Assembly (NCBI GenBank): GCA_036170915.1
Contig: JAVHQC010000027.1
Location: 1 to 47,250, forward strand
DNA from: Cyanobacteria bacterium auto_48_18
GTDB lineage: Bacteria; Cyanobacteriota; Vampirovibrionia; Obscuribacterales; Obscuribacteraceae
Reading direction: 5' to 3'
DNA length: 47,250 nt
Numbering within the stretch: the stretch's first letter is position 1; each line of letters opens with the position of its first letter. Shown one piece after another: positions 30,922-40,134 of this stretch. The notes below the pieces were generated by a model. That model saw nothing but the letters and a program-made list of their open reading frames with translations. It was not told where the DNA came from and did no database searches. The position numbers and the translations under genes were made by a program.

Positions 30922-32100
30922 GTGCAGAAACTTGATTATGATGTCATCGTTGTTGGTGCTGGTGCTATGGGGGCTGCCAGTGCCTGCCAGTTGGCGCGCC
31001 GGGGTGTATCGGTAGCCCTAATTGAACAGTTTGAGCTCAATCACAAGCACGGCAGTTCGCATGGTCGTAGCCGCATTTTTCGCCTGGCTTATGAGAATCC
31101 AGCTTATATACCTCTAGCTCAAGCAGCTTTTCCGCTCTGGCAACAAATAGAAGAGCTATCAGGTACAAAATTACTGACTAATACTGGTGGTCTTGATTTT
31201 GGTCGTCGTGGTCAAAAGGTTTTCAATATCTGTGAAAATCTTCAACAAGCAAATATTGCTTGCGAACCTTTGTCAGCCGCGGCAATTATGGAACGCTTTC
31301 CTCAATTTCAATTGCAAGCAAAGATTGAGGGAGTTTTTCAAAAAGACGCTGGTGTTCTCGACGCTGAACTCAGTGTTGCCACCATGGTTGCTCTGGCGCA
31401 GAAAAATGGTGCACAATTTTTTGCCAATACTAAAGTCAACGCCATAAAAATTCTTGATGGTGCAGTAGAGCTTGTGGCCGGTGAAAAGGTTTATTACTGT
31501 AAGCGCTTGGTGCTGGCAGCCGGAGCCTACATACAAGAGTTGTTTGATCAGTTTACCTGTGTCAAATTGCCGCTCAGTATCAGTCAGGAGCAATATTTAT
31601 TCTTGCAGAGTTCGACGCCCGAGTTGTTCGCAGTGGGCAAATTTCCAGTTTGGATTGATTATGACGCCATGGCCGGGTCGAGATCGTCTTTGAGTATGTA
31701 TGGATTTCCACAAATGCCGCAACCGGCTTGCCATGCCACTCAGGTAAAAGTTGCCTGTCACATGAGTGGAGAGCCGGTCACTACTAGATCGAGAAATTAC
31801 GAACTCAATCAAGCGGTGGCTGTTCGGTCATTGCAGTATGTTAGTGAATTTTTGCCCCAGGCATACGGCCCCATTGCTGATTTCGCTAGCTGCCTGTATA
31901 CCACTACCGTCAATGAGCGCTTCATTATTGATTTTGTTGATGATGCCAAAAGCATCATTCTAGCTTCGCCCTGCTCAGGCCATGGCTTTAAGTTTGCGCC
32001 GCTAATTGGCGAGATTATCTGCGACCTGGTGCTCAACAGCAAAACCGATCACGGCATTGAGCTTTTCAATCTAAATCAAGCGCTGAATTCAAAGAGTTAG
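30922..32100 (+). CDS. FAD-dependent N-methyl-amino-acid oxidase (SolA/monomeric sarcosine oxidase family)
   Basis: GAGAMG, GSSHGRSRIFR, CLYT (covalent-FAD Cys position), SGHGFKFAP. Confidence 0.9.
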   Translation: MQKLDYDVIVVGAGAMGAASACQLARRGVSVALIEQFELNHKHGSSHGRSRIFRLAYENPAYIPLAQAAFPLWQQIEELSGTKLLTNTGGLDFGRRGQKVFNICENLQQANIACEPLSAAAIMERFPQFQLQAKIEGVFQKDAGVLDAELSVATMVALAQKNGAQFFANTKVNAIKILDGAVELVAGEKVYYCKRLVLAAGAYIQELFDQFTCVKLPLSISQEQYLFLQSSTPELFAVGKFPVWIDYDAMAGSRSSLSMYGFPQMPQPACHATQVKVACHMSGEPVTTRSRNYELNQAVAVRSLQYVSEFLPQAYGPIADFASCLYTTTVNERFIIDFVDDAKSIILASPCSGHGFKFAPLIGEIICDLVLNSKTDHGIELFNLNQALNSKS

Positions 32101-32130
32101 TCTGTTTACGCGTCAGGAGTGCAATTCAAA

Positions 32131-32601
32131 ATGAGTTTCGTGAACGTAAAAATTCTTCGGCACTTCAAAGCTTTTGTTTGTTTGACTTTAGTCAGCATGT
32201 CCGCTTCCGTTCCTTGCTTCGCACACAAGGAACCAGCGTATACTGGCCGCGGTCCGGCGATACAGATCTTGTATGCCAAACGCGACGTCACTGAAAACAA
32301 AAGTGTTGTATTGGCTGACCTGGGTGTTGAATTGGTAGACCTCAAAAAAGTACCCATGGGAACGCTCACCAGACCGGAATTAGCGATTGGCAGAAAAACA
32401 TTTGGCTTGACAAAAGGTCAAATTATAAACGCAGCAGACCTTTATCCCTTAGAAACAGTATCTGAGAAAAAGATGACCATCACCATTCCTCAAGAGCTGT
32501 TTCTTAAACTGCATAAGAATGCTGTGATGGAGAAGCAGACAGATGAGGCATATGCACTCCGTCTTTTAAAGAAAGGCGTTGCTCATCAGCAGAGAAAATA
32601 A
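32131..32601 (+). CDS. Exported SAF-domain protein with RHH-like C-terminus
   Basis: Signal-peptide-like N-terminus; YAKRDV...ADL...VP.G...AIGRK...KGQII...DL SAF pattern; MTITIPQELFLKL tail. Confidence 0.65.
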   Translation: MSFVNVKILRHFKAFVCLTLVSMSASVPCFAHKEPAYTGRGPAIQILYAKRDVTENKSVVLADLGVELVDLKKVPMGTLTRPELAIGRKTFGLTKGQIINAADLYPLETVSEKKMTITIPQELFLKLHKNAVMEKQTDEAYALRLLKKGVAHQQRK

Positions 32602-32605
32602 TGCG

Positions 32606-33328
32606 TTAAACAGTTTCAGCAATCGTAGCGAGCAGACCATCGTATAAATGCATATTAGCGTCGAGTACTGAGTTTAAGCCGAGTTCGACGGCATCAAAAT
32701 GGCCGCGTTCAAGAAAATACAGCGCCAGCGCAATTGAGTCACCAGAGTGTTCTTGCTCAACCAGCACATGATCAAACCAGATGTGGTCTTGCAAATCGAA
32801 TTGTTTAAAAGCAATTTGCAACGATTTAAATTCTTCAACAGCCATCAGTTCAGTAGCGGTAATGGCACCAGCAGCGATGGCAGCCTTAGAAAGCTTTGTA
32901 GCAAGTTTAAGAGGATAGTAAAATGGAGTTACTTCTTTGATGAAGCGCTTCACTCCTTTTTCGATTGTATATGCGCGATATTCGTCAGTGCTGTTACCTG
33001 CTTGCAATGCTACGCTCTGCAACTGCAGCTGGTGCCTGCCGCTGTCGACGCCGTTGCCATATTCGTTGCGTACGTTCTCTAAGATAAAACCTACTGCTGA
33101 TTCAGGCATGATGGTGGCCGACTTGAGCAAAAGTCTGCGCAAATGTGAAGCGTGGGCGTCATAGTTTTTAAGCAACCGGCCGGCCGACGCTGGTGTCAGC
33201 CCTACTTTTTCAAGAGTGCGAAAAAGCGGATGGTCAAAGGCTTGATGAGTGCCGGCAAATTGTTTTAAAGTCAGACTCAAGTCACTATTCGCGTTAGATT
33301 TGAGGCTGCGCTTAGTGGCTGTGAGCAT
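32606..33328 (-). CDS. Heme-oxygenase-like diiron (HDO; PqqC/CADD-like) redox enzyme
   Basis: HPLF, ENVRNEYG...H, ATE, HVLVEQEH metal-ligand pattern; all-helical. Confidence 0.8.
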   Translation of the reverse strand: MLTATKRSLKSNANSDLSLTLKQFAGTHQAFDHPLFRTLEKVGLTPASAGRLLKNYDAHASHLRRLLLKSATIMPESAVGFILENVRNEYGNGVDSGRHQLQLQSVALQAGNSTDEYRAYTIEKGVKRFIKEVTPFYYPLKLATKLSKAAIAAGAITATELMAVEEFKSLQIAFKQFDLQDHIWFDHVLVEQEHSGDSIALALYFLERGHFDAVELGLNSVLDANMHLYDGLLATIAETV

Positions 33329-33351
33329 ATTGACTTGATGAGATGACTTAA

Positions 33352-34326
33352 TCAGGATGCCTTGGTGCTAGCTAGGGTTTTTTTTTCAGACTCGGCTTGC
33401 TCTTCTTCAAGTTCAAGCAACCACTGAGCTTCAAGTGCGGCCATACAACCGGTTCCGGCTGCGGTAATGGCTTGGCGATAAAGTTCGTCTTGCACGTCGC
33501 CTGCCGCGTATACACCCTTAATCGAAGTCTTAACGCCGTCGGTTTTGATATAACCTGTTTCAGTCAGCTCGATTTGGCCCTGGAATAAATCAGTGTTAGG
33601 TTTATGTCCGATGGCGATAAATACGCCGTCAGCAGGCAATACTGATACTTCATCTGTTTTGATGTTGCGCAGTTTGATGGCACTGACTTCGCCTTCGTTA
33701 ACATCAAGAATATCTTCCACCACAGAATCAAGAATGAAGTGCACTTTTTCATTGTTGCGCGCCCGGTCGGCCATAATTGCCGATGCGCGGAAACTGTCTC
33801 TTCTGTGCACCACAGTCACTGAGCTGGCAAAACGGGTGAGGAAAGTGGCTTCTTCTAAGGCCGTGTCACCACCACCTACTACAAATACAGTTTTGTCTCG
33901 GAAGAAAAATCCATCACAAGTGGCACAGGCAGAAACGCCATGACCCATAAGTTTGCTTTCTGATTCCAGCCCTAATAATTTGGCCGAGGCGCCGGTGCCG
34001 ATGATCAAAATATCGGTGATGATTTCTTCGGAGCTGGTTTTGATTTTAAAAGGACGACTGCTCAAATCTACAGATTCGGCATTGTCGTAGATAAATTGAG
34101 TGCCGAAACGTTCGGCTTGCTTGTGCATCTCTTCCATCAGTTCAGGCCCGAGGATGCCATTAGGGAAACCGGGGAAGTTTTCCACGTCTGAAGTGATTGT
34201 GAGCTGGCCACCAGCCTGTAACCCTTGAATCACCAGTGGTTCCAAATTGGCGCGAGCCGCATAAATAGCGGCTGTGAGGCCGGCTGAACCGGAGCCGAGA
34301 ATAGTTACTTTCTTTCTGATTGCCAT
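33352..34326 (-). CDS. trxB: Thioredoxin-disulfide reductase
   Basis: [40 protein letters not shown]. Confidence 0.98.
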   Translation of the reverse strand: MAIRKKVTILGSGSAGLTAAIYAARANLEPLVIQGLQAGGQLTITSDVENFPGFPNGILGPELMEEMHKQAERFGTQFIYDNAESVDLSSRPFKIKTSSEEIITDILIIGTGASAKLLGLESESKLMGHGVSACATCDGFFFRDKTVFVVGGGDTALEEATFLTRFASSVTVVHRRDSFRASAIMADRARNNEKVHFILDSVVEDILDVNEGEVSAIKLRNIKTDEVSVLPADGVFIAIGHKPNTDLFQGQIELTETGYIKTDGVKTSIKGVYAAGDVQDELYRQAITAAGTGCMAALEAQWLLELEEEQAESEKKTLASTKAS

Positions 34327-34469
34327 AGACTTTTCCGCTGTGCAGTTACTTAGATTGTATGGTCATGACTTGGATATTAGAACTAGTTTCAATATTACTT
34401 AACTCCAAACTTCGAATCAAAAGTGAAGACCTGATAAAAACGCTTGTTGGCAACCGCTTTTTGTCCCCT

Positions 34470-35366
34470 TCACTGCTCAAAAGATACAGAAGGCCGCAAG
34501 CCGTATGGCAAATTGTCTTTGAGGGGCTTAAGTTCTTCATTCAAGGCCCCGATCTCCAATAAAAGCCTGCTTTCAGCTTCTTTCAAGCCGGCAAGACTGC
34601 CGCCACCCAGCTTTTCTGCCGCTTTGGCCAGCTCTTGTTTCAACAGCGTCAGATCATGATGTTTGCCCAGAATCTGCTGTGCTTGTACCAGCTCTAAATT
34701 GGTGAGACCAAAAAATTCGGCCAGAATATACCGCCAGCGTTTGATTGAAAGCCTCAACTCATGCAGCTCTTCGTCAGCTTCAGCACGCCCGGCTTGCTCA
34801 TGGGCCACTCTTTCGGTGGCTTCAAGAAAACCGACCATGTGGTGATAGGCCGAATCATTGATTGATAATTTCAGCTCATCTTGGCTGAAGGCCAGGTATT
34901 GCTCTAGCTCATAAGCCTTGCGGCCGATATATGTTTTCAGAGCGTTAACTGCCTTGACCACATTTAGCTTAGCAATTTTCTTAGCGACTTTCTTAGAGAG
35001 CCTTTTTCGCTTTTTCGACCAGGCGACGATGACAGGCTCTGGTAGTGAGTATTGTTTGGCATGGGCGATATTGACATCGAGGTCCCGCAGGCCGCCCAAG
35101 AGTTTGTTCACGCCCTTAAGGGTGTTGCCGATGCGCTTTTGATATTCGTCATCTTGCCAGCGGTCGAGGCTGAGAATTTCCCAAATTGAGTACCAGCGCC
35201 GCAACACTACCCGCGTCTCGTGCACTCTTCTGGTGGTCAATTTTTTGTGCACTTTACTCAGGCACTGTTCTAAATCGCGCATCACCACAATCGCACGGCC
35301 TTCTTCCTGGGAAAGCCAGGAGACGGTAATCAGATGTTCAGGTGCGTGAGTAATTTTTTGCGGCAT
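34470..35366 (-). CDS. CHAD-domain protein
   Basis: VHETRVVLRR, LGGLRDLDV, LHELRLSIKRWRY, QQILGKHHD. ATG35366 abuts the upstream stop. Confidence 0.88.
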   Translation of the reverse strand: MPQKITHAPEHLITVSWLSQEEGRAIVVMRDLEQCLSKVHKKLTTRRVHETRVVLRRWYSIWEILSLDRWQDDEYQKRIGNTLKGVNKLLGGLRDLDVNIAHAKQYSLPEPVIVAWSKKRKRLSKKVAKKIAKLNVVKAVNALKTYIGRKAYELEQYLAFSQDELKLSINDSAYHHMVGFLEATERVAHEQAGRAEADEELHELRLSIKRWRYILAEFFGLTNLELVQAQQILGKHHDLTLLKQELAKAAEKLGGGSLAGLKEAESRLLLEIGALNEELKPLKDNLPYGLRPSVSFEQ

Positions 35367-35367
35367 A

Positions 35368-36708
35368 CTACTTAAGTATGTCATTCAATAGCTCAGTGGA
35401 GCGCTTGATTATTAGATCTTTGCCGCCGCGCCGATATACAGAACGCGCTCGCTCGAGCAAATTAGGCATGGTTACCTGCTCGTGAGCAGGCAGGTGATAG
35501 GGCTGGCGTAAAAATTTGCGAATGGGCTCAGCATTGTCTTGCCAATGAAAACGCTCAGCCAGCTTGAGTGCGCCTTGCTTCATTGACTCAAGTCGCTGCT
35601 TTTCGTGCAAAAGTGATTTGATGGCCTGGGCCCAGGCGTCTTCATCTTCATATGGTAGGGCAAGGCCGGCATTGTGACCTTCAATCAACTCGGCCAGCTG
35701 ATCGCCGCCTGTAGTCAGGGTGGGCAGCCCGCACCAGAAATAATCGAGCAATCTGGTGCGGAATGAAAAACGTGTCTCAGGTAAATCAAAATGGCTGGAG
35801 ACGGCAATTGTAGCGTCGAGCAAATAGTTGACCCGCTCGTTGTAATCAACCCAGCCGTCCAGGAAAAATATGTTTTTATCGGTGAGGCCGAGCTGTGCCG
35901 ATAAGGTAATGGCTCTGGTTGTCATGTCCATAACTGGTACTTTTGGATTGGGCGATTTAGTTCCCATAAAAACCAGCCGTAGATTCGGTATGTCGCTTAA
36001 GACCTGGTTGACGGCTTTGATCACCGTCAGTGGATCGAACCAATCCCAGATGCCACCGCCCCAGAGAAGCACCGGATCATCTGGCCCGATTTGCGGTAGA
36101 CGCTCTTTCAGTCCGGCCCCTGATTTGACCGGTCTTGCTTCAGGCAAGCCGAAAGGCACTACATCAATCAGTCGGCGCAAGCTGGGGTCGAACTGGTACA
36201 TGGCCGGATTGATACGTCCCAGAGCGCAAAAGCGCCCCAACCAGTAATCTCGCTGACGCTCTGAAGCGCAAACAGCAAGGTCAGCCGCCAACATGTGTTT
36301 TTCCAGCACCTTATGCATCAAGCGGTAACTGGAGGAGGCTTGTACCGAGTCGTCTTTGTACTGCACCAGCACTGAAAACAAGTAAGGGTCATATAGATCG
36401 ACAATCACATATTTATTCATTTCAGCAAGAAATGGATATGGCTTAAGCACATTAGCTTGAACAAATATTGTCTCAGCGCTTTCCGCCAGTTCTTGCAGCA
36501 TTTTGCGACCGCCACCAGCAACAAAATTAAAATTGGCGAGCTCTGGCTGCGGCAGGGGCTCAGCGTCGCTCACATCCACGGGCGAAAACACAGTAACTGA
36601 AAATTCGCTAGCAATGGCCTTGCCCAATTCAATGGCGCGAATGGCAGGGCCGGCCATTTTTTTTGAAATTGGTTCAAGCGTGATTATAAGAATCTTCGAA
36701 TTATTCAA
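35368..36708 (-). CDS. Glycosyltransferase, GT-B/GT4-like
   Basis: MAGPAIRA, VDLYDP, WGGGIWDWFDP, RTRLLDY, FHWQ. Confidence 0.85.
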   Translation of the reverse strand: MNNSKILIITLEPISKKMAGPAIRAIELGKAIASEFSVTVFSPVDVSDAEPLPQPELANFNFVAGGGRKMLQELAESAETIFVQANVLKPYPFLAEMNKYVIVDLYDPYLFSVLVQYKDDSVQASSSYRLMHKVLEKHMLAADLAVCASERQRDYWLGRFCALGRINPAMYQFDPSLRRLIDVVPFGLPEARPVKSGAGLKERLPQIGPDDPVLLWGGGIWDWFDPLTVIKAVNQVLSDIPNLRLVFMGTKSPNPKVPVMDMTTRAITLSAQLGLTDKNIFFLDGWVDYNERVNYLLDATIAVSSHFDLPETRFSFRTRLLDYFWCGLPTLTTGGDQLAELIEGHNAGLALPYEDEDAWAQAIKSLLHEKQRLESMKQGALKLAERFHWQDNAEPIRKFLRQPYHLPAHEQVTMPNLLERARSVYRRGGKDLIIKRSTELLNDILK

Positions 36709-36836
36709 GGCAGGCTCGCGAAGACAGTGCTTTGCACCTAAGGAACAGCCAAATTATACCTAGTTCTCAACAGAACCGAAAAATATGATGGTCGGAAGGC
36801 AGTAAAATAGGAGCGCGATATGCCTGTAGGCATCCA

Positions 36837-36874
36837 GTATGAATGAATGTATGACCGAATGAATGAATGAATGT
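36837..36874. repeat. Imperfect (GAAT)n tetranucleotide tract
   Basis: GTAT GAAT GAAT GTAT GACC GAAT GAAT GAAT GAAT GT. Confidence 0.8.
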
Positions 36875-36891
36875 GGACCGGGGAGCAAGTT

Positions 36892-37947
36892 TTGAGTAAC
36901 AGCGAGTCATTGCCGAGCCAATACGTCAAAAATCTGGTTACGGTGGTCATTCCGACATGGAATGGCAAACGGTTTTTGACTGGGGTTTTAGATTCAATTG
37001 CAATTCAAACCTATCCACAAGTAGAAGTAATCGTCGTCGACAATGGTTCGAAAGATGGTTCAGTCGAATTCATGCGCGAGAATTATCCCTTCGTTAAACT
37101 GGCTCTCTATGAGAAGAATACCGGGTTTGCCGTGGCAGTAAATCGCGGCATTAGAGAATCTACCGGCGAATTTATTGCTTTGATCAATAACGACACGGTG
37201 CTCGAGGCTAACTTTTTAGAAGAGCTCGTCAAAGGCATGCATGAGCATCCAGAATGTGGATCGCTCGGTTGCAAAATGCTGGCATACGACGATCATAGTC
37301 TGCTTGATGGTGTCGGGGATGGCTATAGACGTGGCGGTTTGCCAGGTCGCATAGGGCACAGAGAAAAAGACACCGGGCTCTTTGACGAGGGTCGCTATAT
37401 TCTTGGTGCTTGTGGTGGTGCGGCTCTTTATCGAAGGTCACTTTTTCTAGATATTGGTTTATTCGATGATGATTACTTTGCTTATTTGGAAGATGTAGAT
37501 ATTTCTCTACGCGCTCAGAGTGCCGGATACAAATGTTTCTACATTCCCACCGCCCGCATTTATCATCTTGGCTGCGGCACTACGGGCAGTGGCTACAGCC
37601 CTCTCGTTGTAAAACTATCGGCGCAAAACAATTGGAATACTATCGTCAAAAATATTCCTTTGTCCTTGATGATCAAATGGTCATGGGAGATCTTTTTCTG
37701 GCAAGGCTATTATTTGGCTGTAGTCTGCGTCAGGGGCGGTCAGGTGCTTCCATGGCTGCAGGGCAGTTTTAAAGCGTTAATGCTTTTGCCTCGTATGCTT
37801 GGTAAGCGCGCAGCCATTAATAAAAAGCGCAAAGTGACGCTCAAATATTTTGAAGATGTAATTGTGCAATCAGAAAATGATCTTTCGGCCGCCCGTGATC
37901 GTCTTTATAAAAATAAAGTGGCCGAGATCGGTAGCGGTCGGAAATAG
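36892..37947 (+). CDS. Glycosyltransferase family 2
   Basis: VVIPTWNG, VDNGSKDGS, NNDT, FAYLEDVD. Start TTG36892 behind GGGGAG (alternative ATG36871). Confidence 0.93.
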   Translation: MSNSESLPSQYVKNLVTVVIPTWNGKRFLTGVLDSIAIQTYPQVEVIVVDNGSKDGSVEFMRENYPFVKLALYEKNTGFAVAVNRGIRESTGEFIALINNDTVLEANFLEELVKGMHEHPECGSLGCKMLAYDDHSLLDGVGDGYRRGGLPGRIGHREKDTGLFDEGRYILGACGGAALYRRSLFLDIGLFDDDYFAYLEDVDISLRAQSAGYKCFYIPTARIYHLGCGTTGSGYSPLVVKLSAQNNWNTIVKNIPLSLMIKWSWEIFFWQGYYLAVVCVRGGQVLPWLQGSFKALMLLPRMLGKRAAINKKRKVTLKYFEDVIVQSENDLSAARDRLYKNKVAEIGSGRK

Positions 37948-37971
37948 TCGGTGGGAAATAGTGGAAGGTAG

Positions 37972-38310
37972 ATGATGAACATCGATGATTTGTCCAAAGC
38001 AATGAAAACCAAGCCCGATTCAAAAGACACGGGCAGAACGGTTGGTTGGAAACAATTGGTGGAAGATGCCAAAACTTTGCACAAAGAGGGCAACCTCGAA
38101 GAAGCGGCAGAAATTTTTGAGCAGTCAATTGTTATGGCTGAACTTAGATTAGGCACTGAGAGTTTAGTGTTGGCCCACATTCTTATGCAATATTCTGAAC
38201 TCTGCAAAGACTCAGGCAACAGCGAGAAAGCCAGAGCGCTTACTTCTCGCGCTCGAGAGATGATGAGTAATCTAGCCGCACAAGTTGACCCGGCCGGCGA
38301 CGCTGAGTAG
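37972..38310 (+). CDS. Small TPR-like helical protein
   Basis: EGNLEEAAEIFEQS...LG....LA..L..Y....SG..EKA pattern. Confidence 0.72.
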   Translation: MMNIDDLSKAMKTKPDSKDTGRTVGWKQLVEDAKTLHKEGNLEEAAEIFEQSIVMAELRLGTESLVLAHILMQYSELCKDSGNSEKARALTSRAREMMSNLAAQVDPAGDAE

Positions 38311-38316
38311 AGTAAA

Positions 38317-39072
38317 TTAGCGGTTTCGAATTCGATCTAAAAAATTAGTGCAGAGGGCAATTATCTGCTTAAACTCGACATTGTCAAAAGCATGGTCGGC
38401 TTTCGGAAAGATGTGCTCTTCAAATTTAGTACCGGTGCGCTCAAGCACCGCTACAAGCGATTTTTCTCGACTGACGGGCACCACTTTGTCGAGTTTACCG
38501 TGCAGTATCAGTACTGGTGGCATCTTCTCTATTTTTGCCGTGGGCAAAACAAAACATCCGGCCATATCAATTACCGATGCCACCCGGCCATCGCTGGCGG
38601 CGGTATGCAAAGCCAATTGAGCGCCCAGGCTGTGACCGAGTAGGCAAATGTTTTTACTATCGACAAGAGGCAGACTGGCGGCATAATCGATGGAGGCGTC
38701 TACAGTTTTGAGCCAGAGTTTGAAATTTTGGGCCATCTCGGCACTACTGGCAGTGGTCATACCAGTTTGATCAAAATAGTGCACCACCATCACATGGCTG
38801 CCGCTTTTGCATAAGTGTGACGCCAGATCGGAAAAGAATTCGCCCAGACCACCAGAACCATAAAGAATAATAATAAGCGGTTTTTTTTGTGAACGATCTT
38901 CGGCGTAATACCAGTCAGAGGTAATTGTTTTGCCTTTGCAAACAAAAGTTGTCTGCGACATTTTTACTTTAGGGCGCGTTGCTGCAGTGTCGGCAGCAGT
39001 TGCACTCGGTAACATTAATAGAGCCAAGCAAGCTGCACTCAATAAAGTTTGAATTTTAGATGCCGAATTCAA
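38317..39072 (-). CDS. Secreted alpha/beta hydrolase (dienelactone hydrolase-like)
   Basis: Signal peptide; GHSLG nucleophile elbow; LHGKLDKVVP; ADHAF. Confidence 0.88.
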   Translation of the reverse strand: MNSASKIQTLLSAACLALLMLPSATAADTAATRPKVKMSQTTFVCKGKTITSDWYYAEDRSQKKPLIIILYGSGGLGEFFSDLASHLCKSGSHVMVVHYFDQTGMTTASSAEMAQNFKLWLKTVDASIDYAASLPLVDSKNICLLGHSLGAQLALHTAASDGRVASVIDMAGCFVLPTAKIEKMPPVLILHGKLDKVVPVSREKSLVAVLERTGTKFEEHIFPKADHAFDNVEFKQIIALCTNFLDRIRNR

Positions 39073-39078
39073 AGCAAA

Positions 39079-39705
39079 TTATTCCGATAACAGGCTTTCG
39101 CCACTGAGAGCGCCGGTAGCATAATCAAGATCTTCGATGGTTTGCGCTAGCTGCGAGGCAGCAGATTTAAGCGGCGAATAAGCCTTAGTAAATTTGCGGC
39201 TACGCAATTGCTCTAGTGCCATACGCATCTGACCGAGTGCCTCTTCGGTTTTCTCCACAGCAGCCGAGACGGCGTCTTGCACCAGATCAATTTTGTGTGT
39301 TTCGTCTTTCGAACGACAGTTCTGACAATAACCGAGAATATCAAAGCGGCTGGTGGTGTGGTCAAAACCTTTGCGCTGAGCCACTGTTTTGCCAAAACCA
39401 CGAATCAGTTCGTCGTAAAACTCAATTGTCATTCCGCATCCGAGACAAATGAGATGGTCGTGAGCAGGACCTTCTTCTACAGCTTCATAACGCAGGCCGC
39501 GATCACCGCTTACGGTGATTACATTGCCGTGGGCTTTAAGGCGATTTAGAGTGCGATAAATTGTTGAAAGACTGACTTTTAAGCCGCGCTCCAGCGCCAG
39601 CTCGTAAACTTCGGGTGCGGTTAAATGGTCGCCCCGAGGAATAGCTTTGACTATCTCTTCAATTGCTTCCTGAGTGGAAAGCATTTTAGTTTTACTCTCT
39701 TCCAT
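39079..39705 (-). CDS. Fur-family transcriptional regulator with C-terminal helical extension
   Basis: HLTAPEVY, SLSTIYRTL, HDHLICLGCG, GYCQNC; 208 aa. Confidence 0.93.
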   Translation of the reverse strand: MEESKTKMLSTQEAIEEIVKAIPRGDHLTAPEVYELALERGLKVSLSTIYRTLNRLKAHGNVITVSGDRGLRYEAVEEGPAHDHLICLGCGMTIEFYDELIRGFGKTVAQRKGFDHTTSRFDILGYCQNCRSKDETHKIDLVQDAVSAAVEKTEEALGQMRMALEQLRSRKFTKAYSPLKSAASQLAQTIEDLDYATGALSGESLLSE

Positions 39706-39914
39706 AGATATATATTCGCCGATTTGACGGCGCTCTGATCACACGCTGTCCAAATTCTTCATCAGCACCTAATTGTTGCTTTGCATCTGTACTATTGCGA
39801 ATTAACGCAATACCCGGTCACCAAAATATGATGCTCTGCAATCAGCAAACCCCTGGAGAACCTGCCTTTTGCTCATGACAGCCGGTTATGGGATTTTCTT
39901 TAGATTAGTGTTGG

Positions 39915-39943
39915 TTGACAGTGATTATTGAGAGTGTTAGCGT
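39915..39943 (+). promoter_or_regulatory. sigma70 promoter of the Tad operon
   Basis: TTGACA (39915-39920), 17 bp, TAGCGT (39938-39943), with extended -10 TG at 39935-39936. Confidence 0.7.
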
Positions 39944-39973
39944 GAGTCTCAGTTGCTAATGAGAATCAATTGC
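39943..39973. promoter_or_regulatory. Fur-box-like operator (tandem)
   Basis: GCTAATGAGAATCAATTGC (39955-39973) matches GATAATGATAATCATTATC at 14/19 by eye; related TGAGTCTCAGTTGC 17 bp upstream. Confidence 0.7.
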
Positions 39974-40134
39974 AAAAAGCTTTCGAGGTTTTTAGCTCTT
40001 TTAGCGACTACGTGTCACCTTTTTTTGCATGCATTTGCATGAAGCTGACCGATGTTTGAGAAATATTCGTTTGAGCACTCGTGTGCTGCAATCAATCCTT
40101 AGCTATTCAGCACTTTTGAAAATATGGAGATTCG

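Noticed and set aside
34346..34659. Short ORFs around the trxB-CHAD gap
   Set aside because: They overlap CHAD or each other and lack RBS or motif support.
23590..40000. Genomic island, prophage or defence system in the accessory region
   Set aside because: No integrase, transposase, phage, nuclease or att-like repeats were recognised.
39975..40134. Possible c-di-GMP or other riboswitch in the flp leader
   Set aside because: No recognisable aptamer consensus by eye, only short hairpins; an Rfam scan would be needed.
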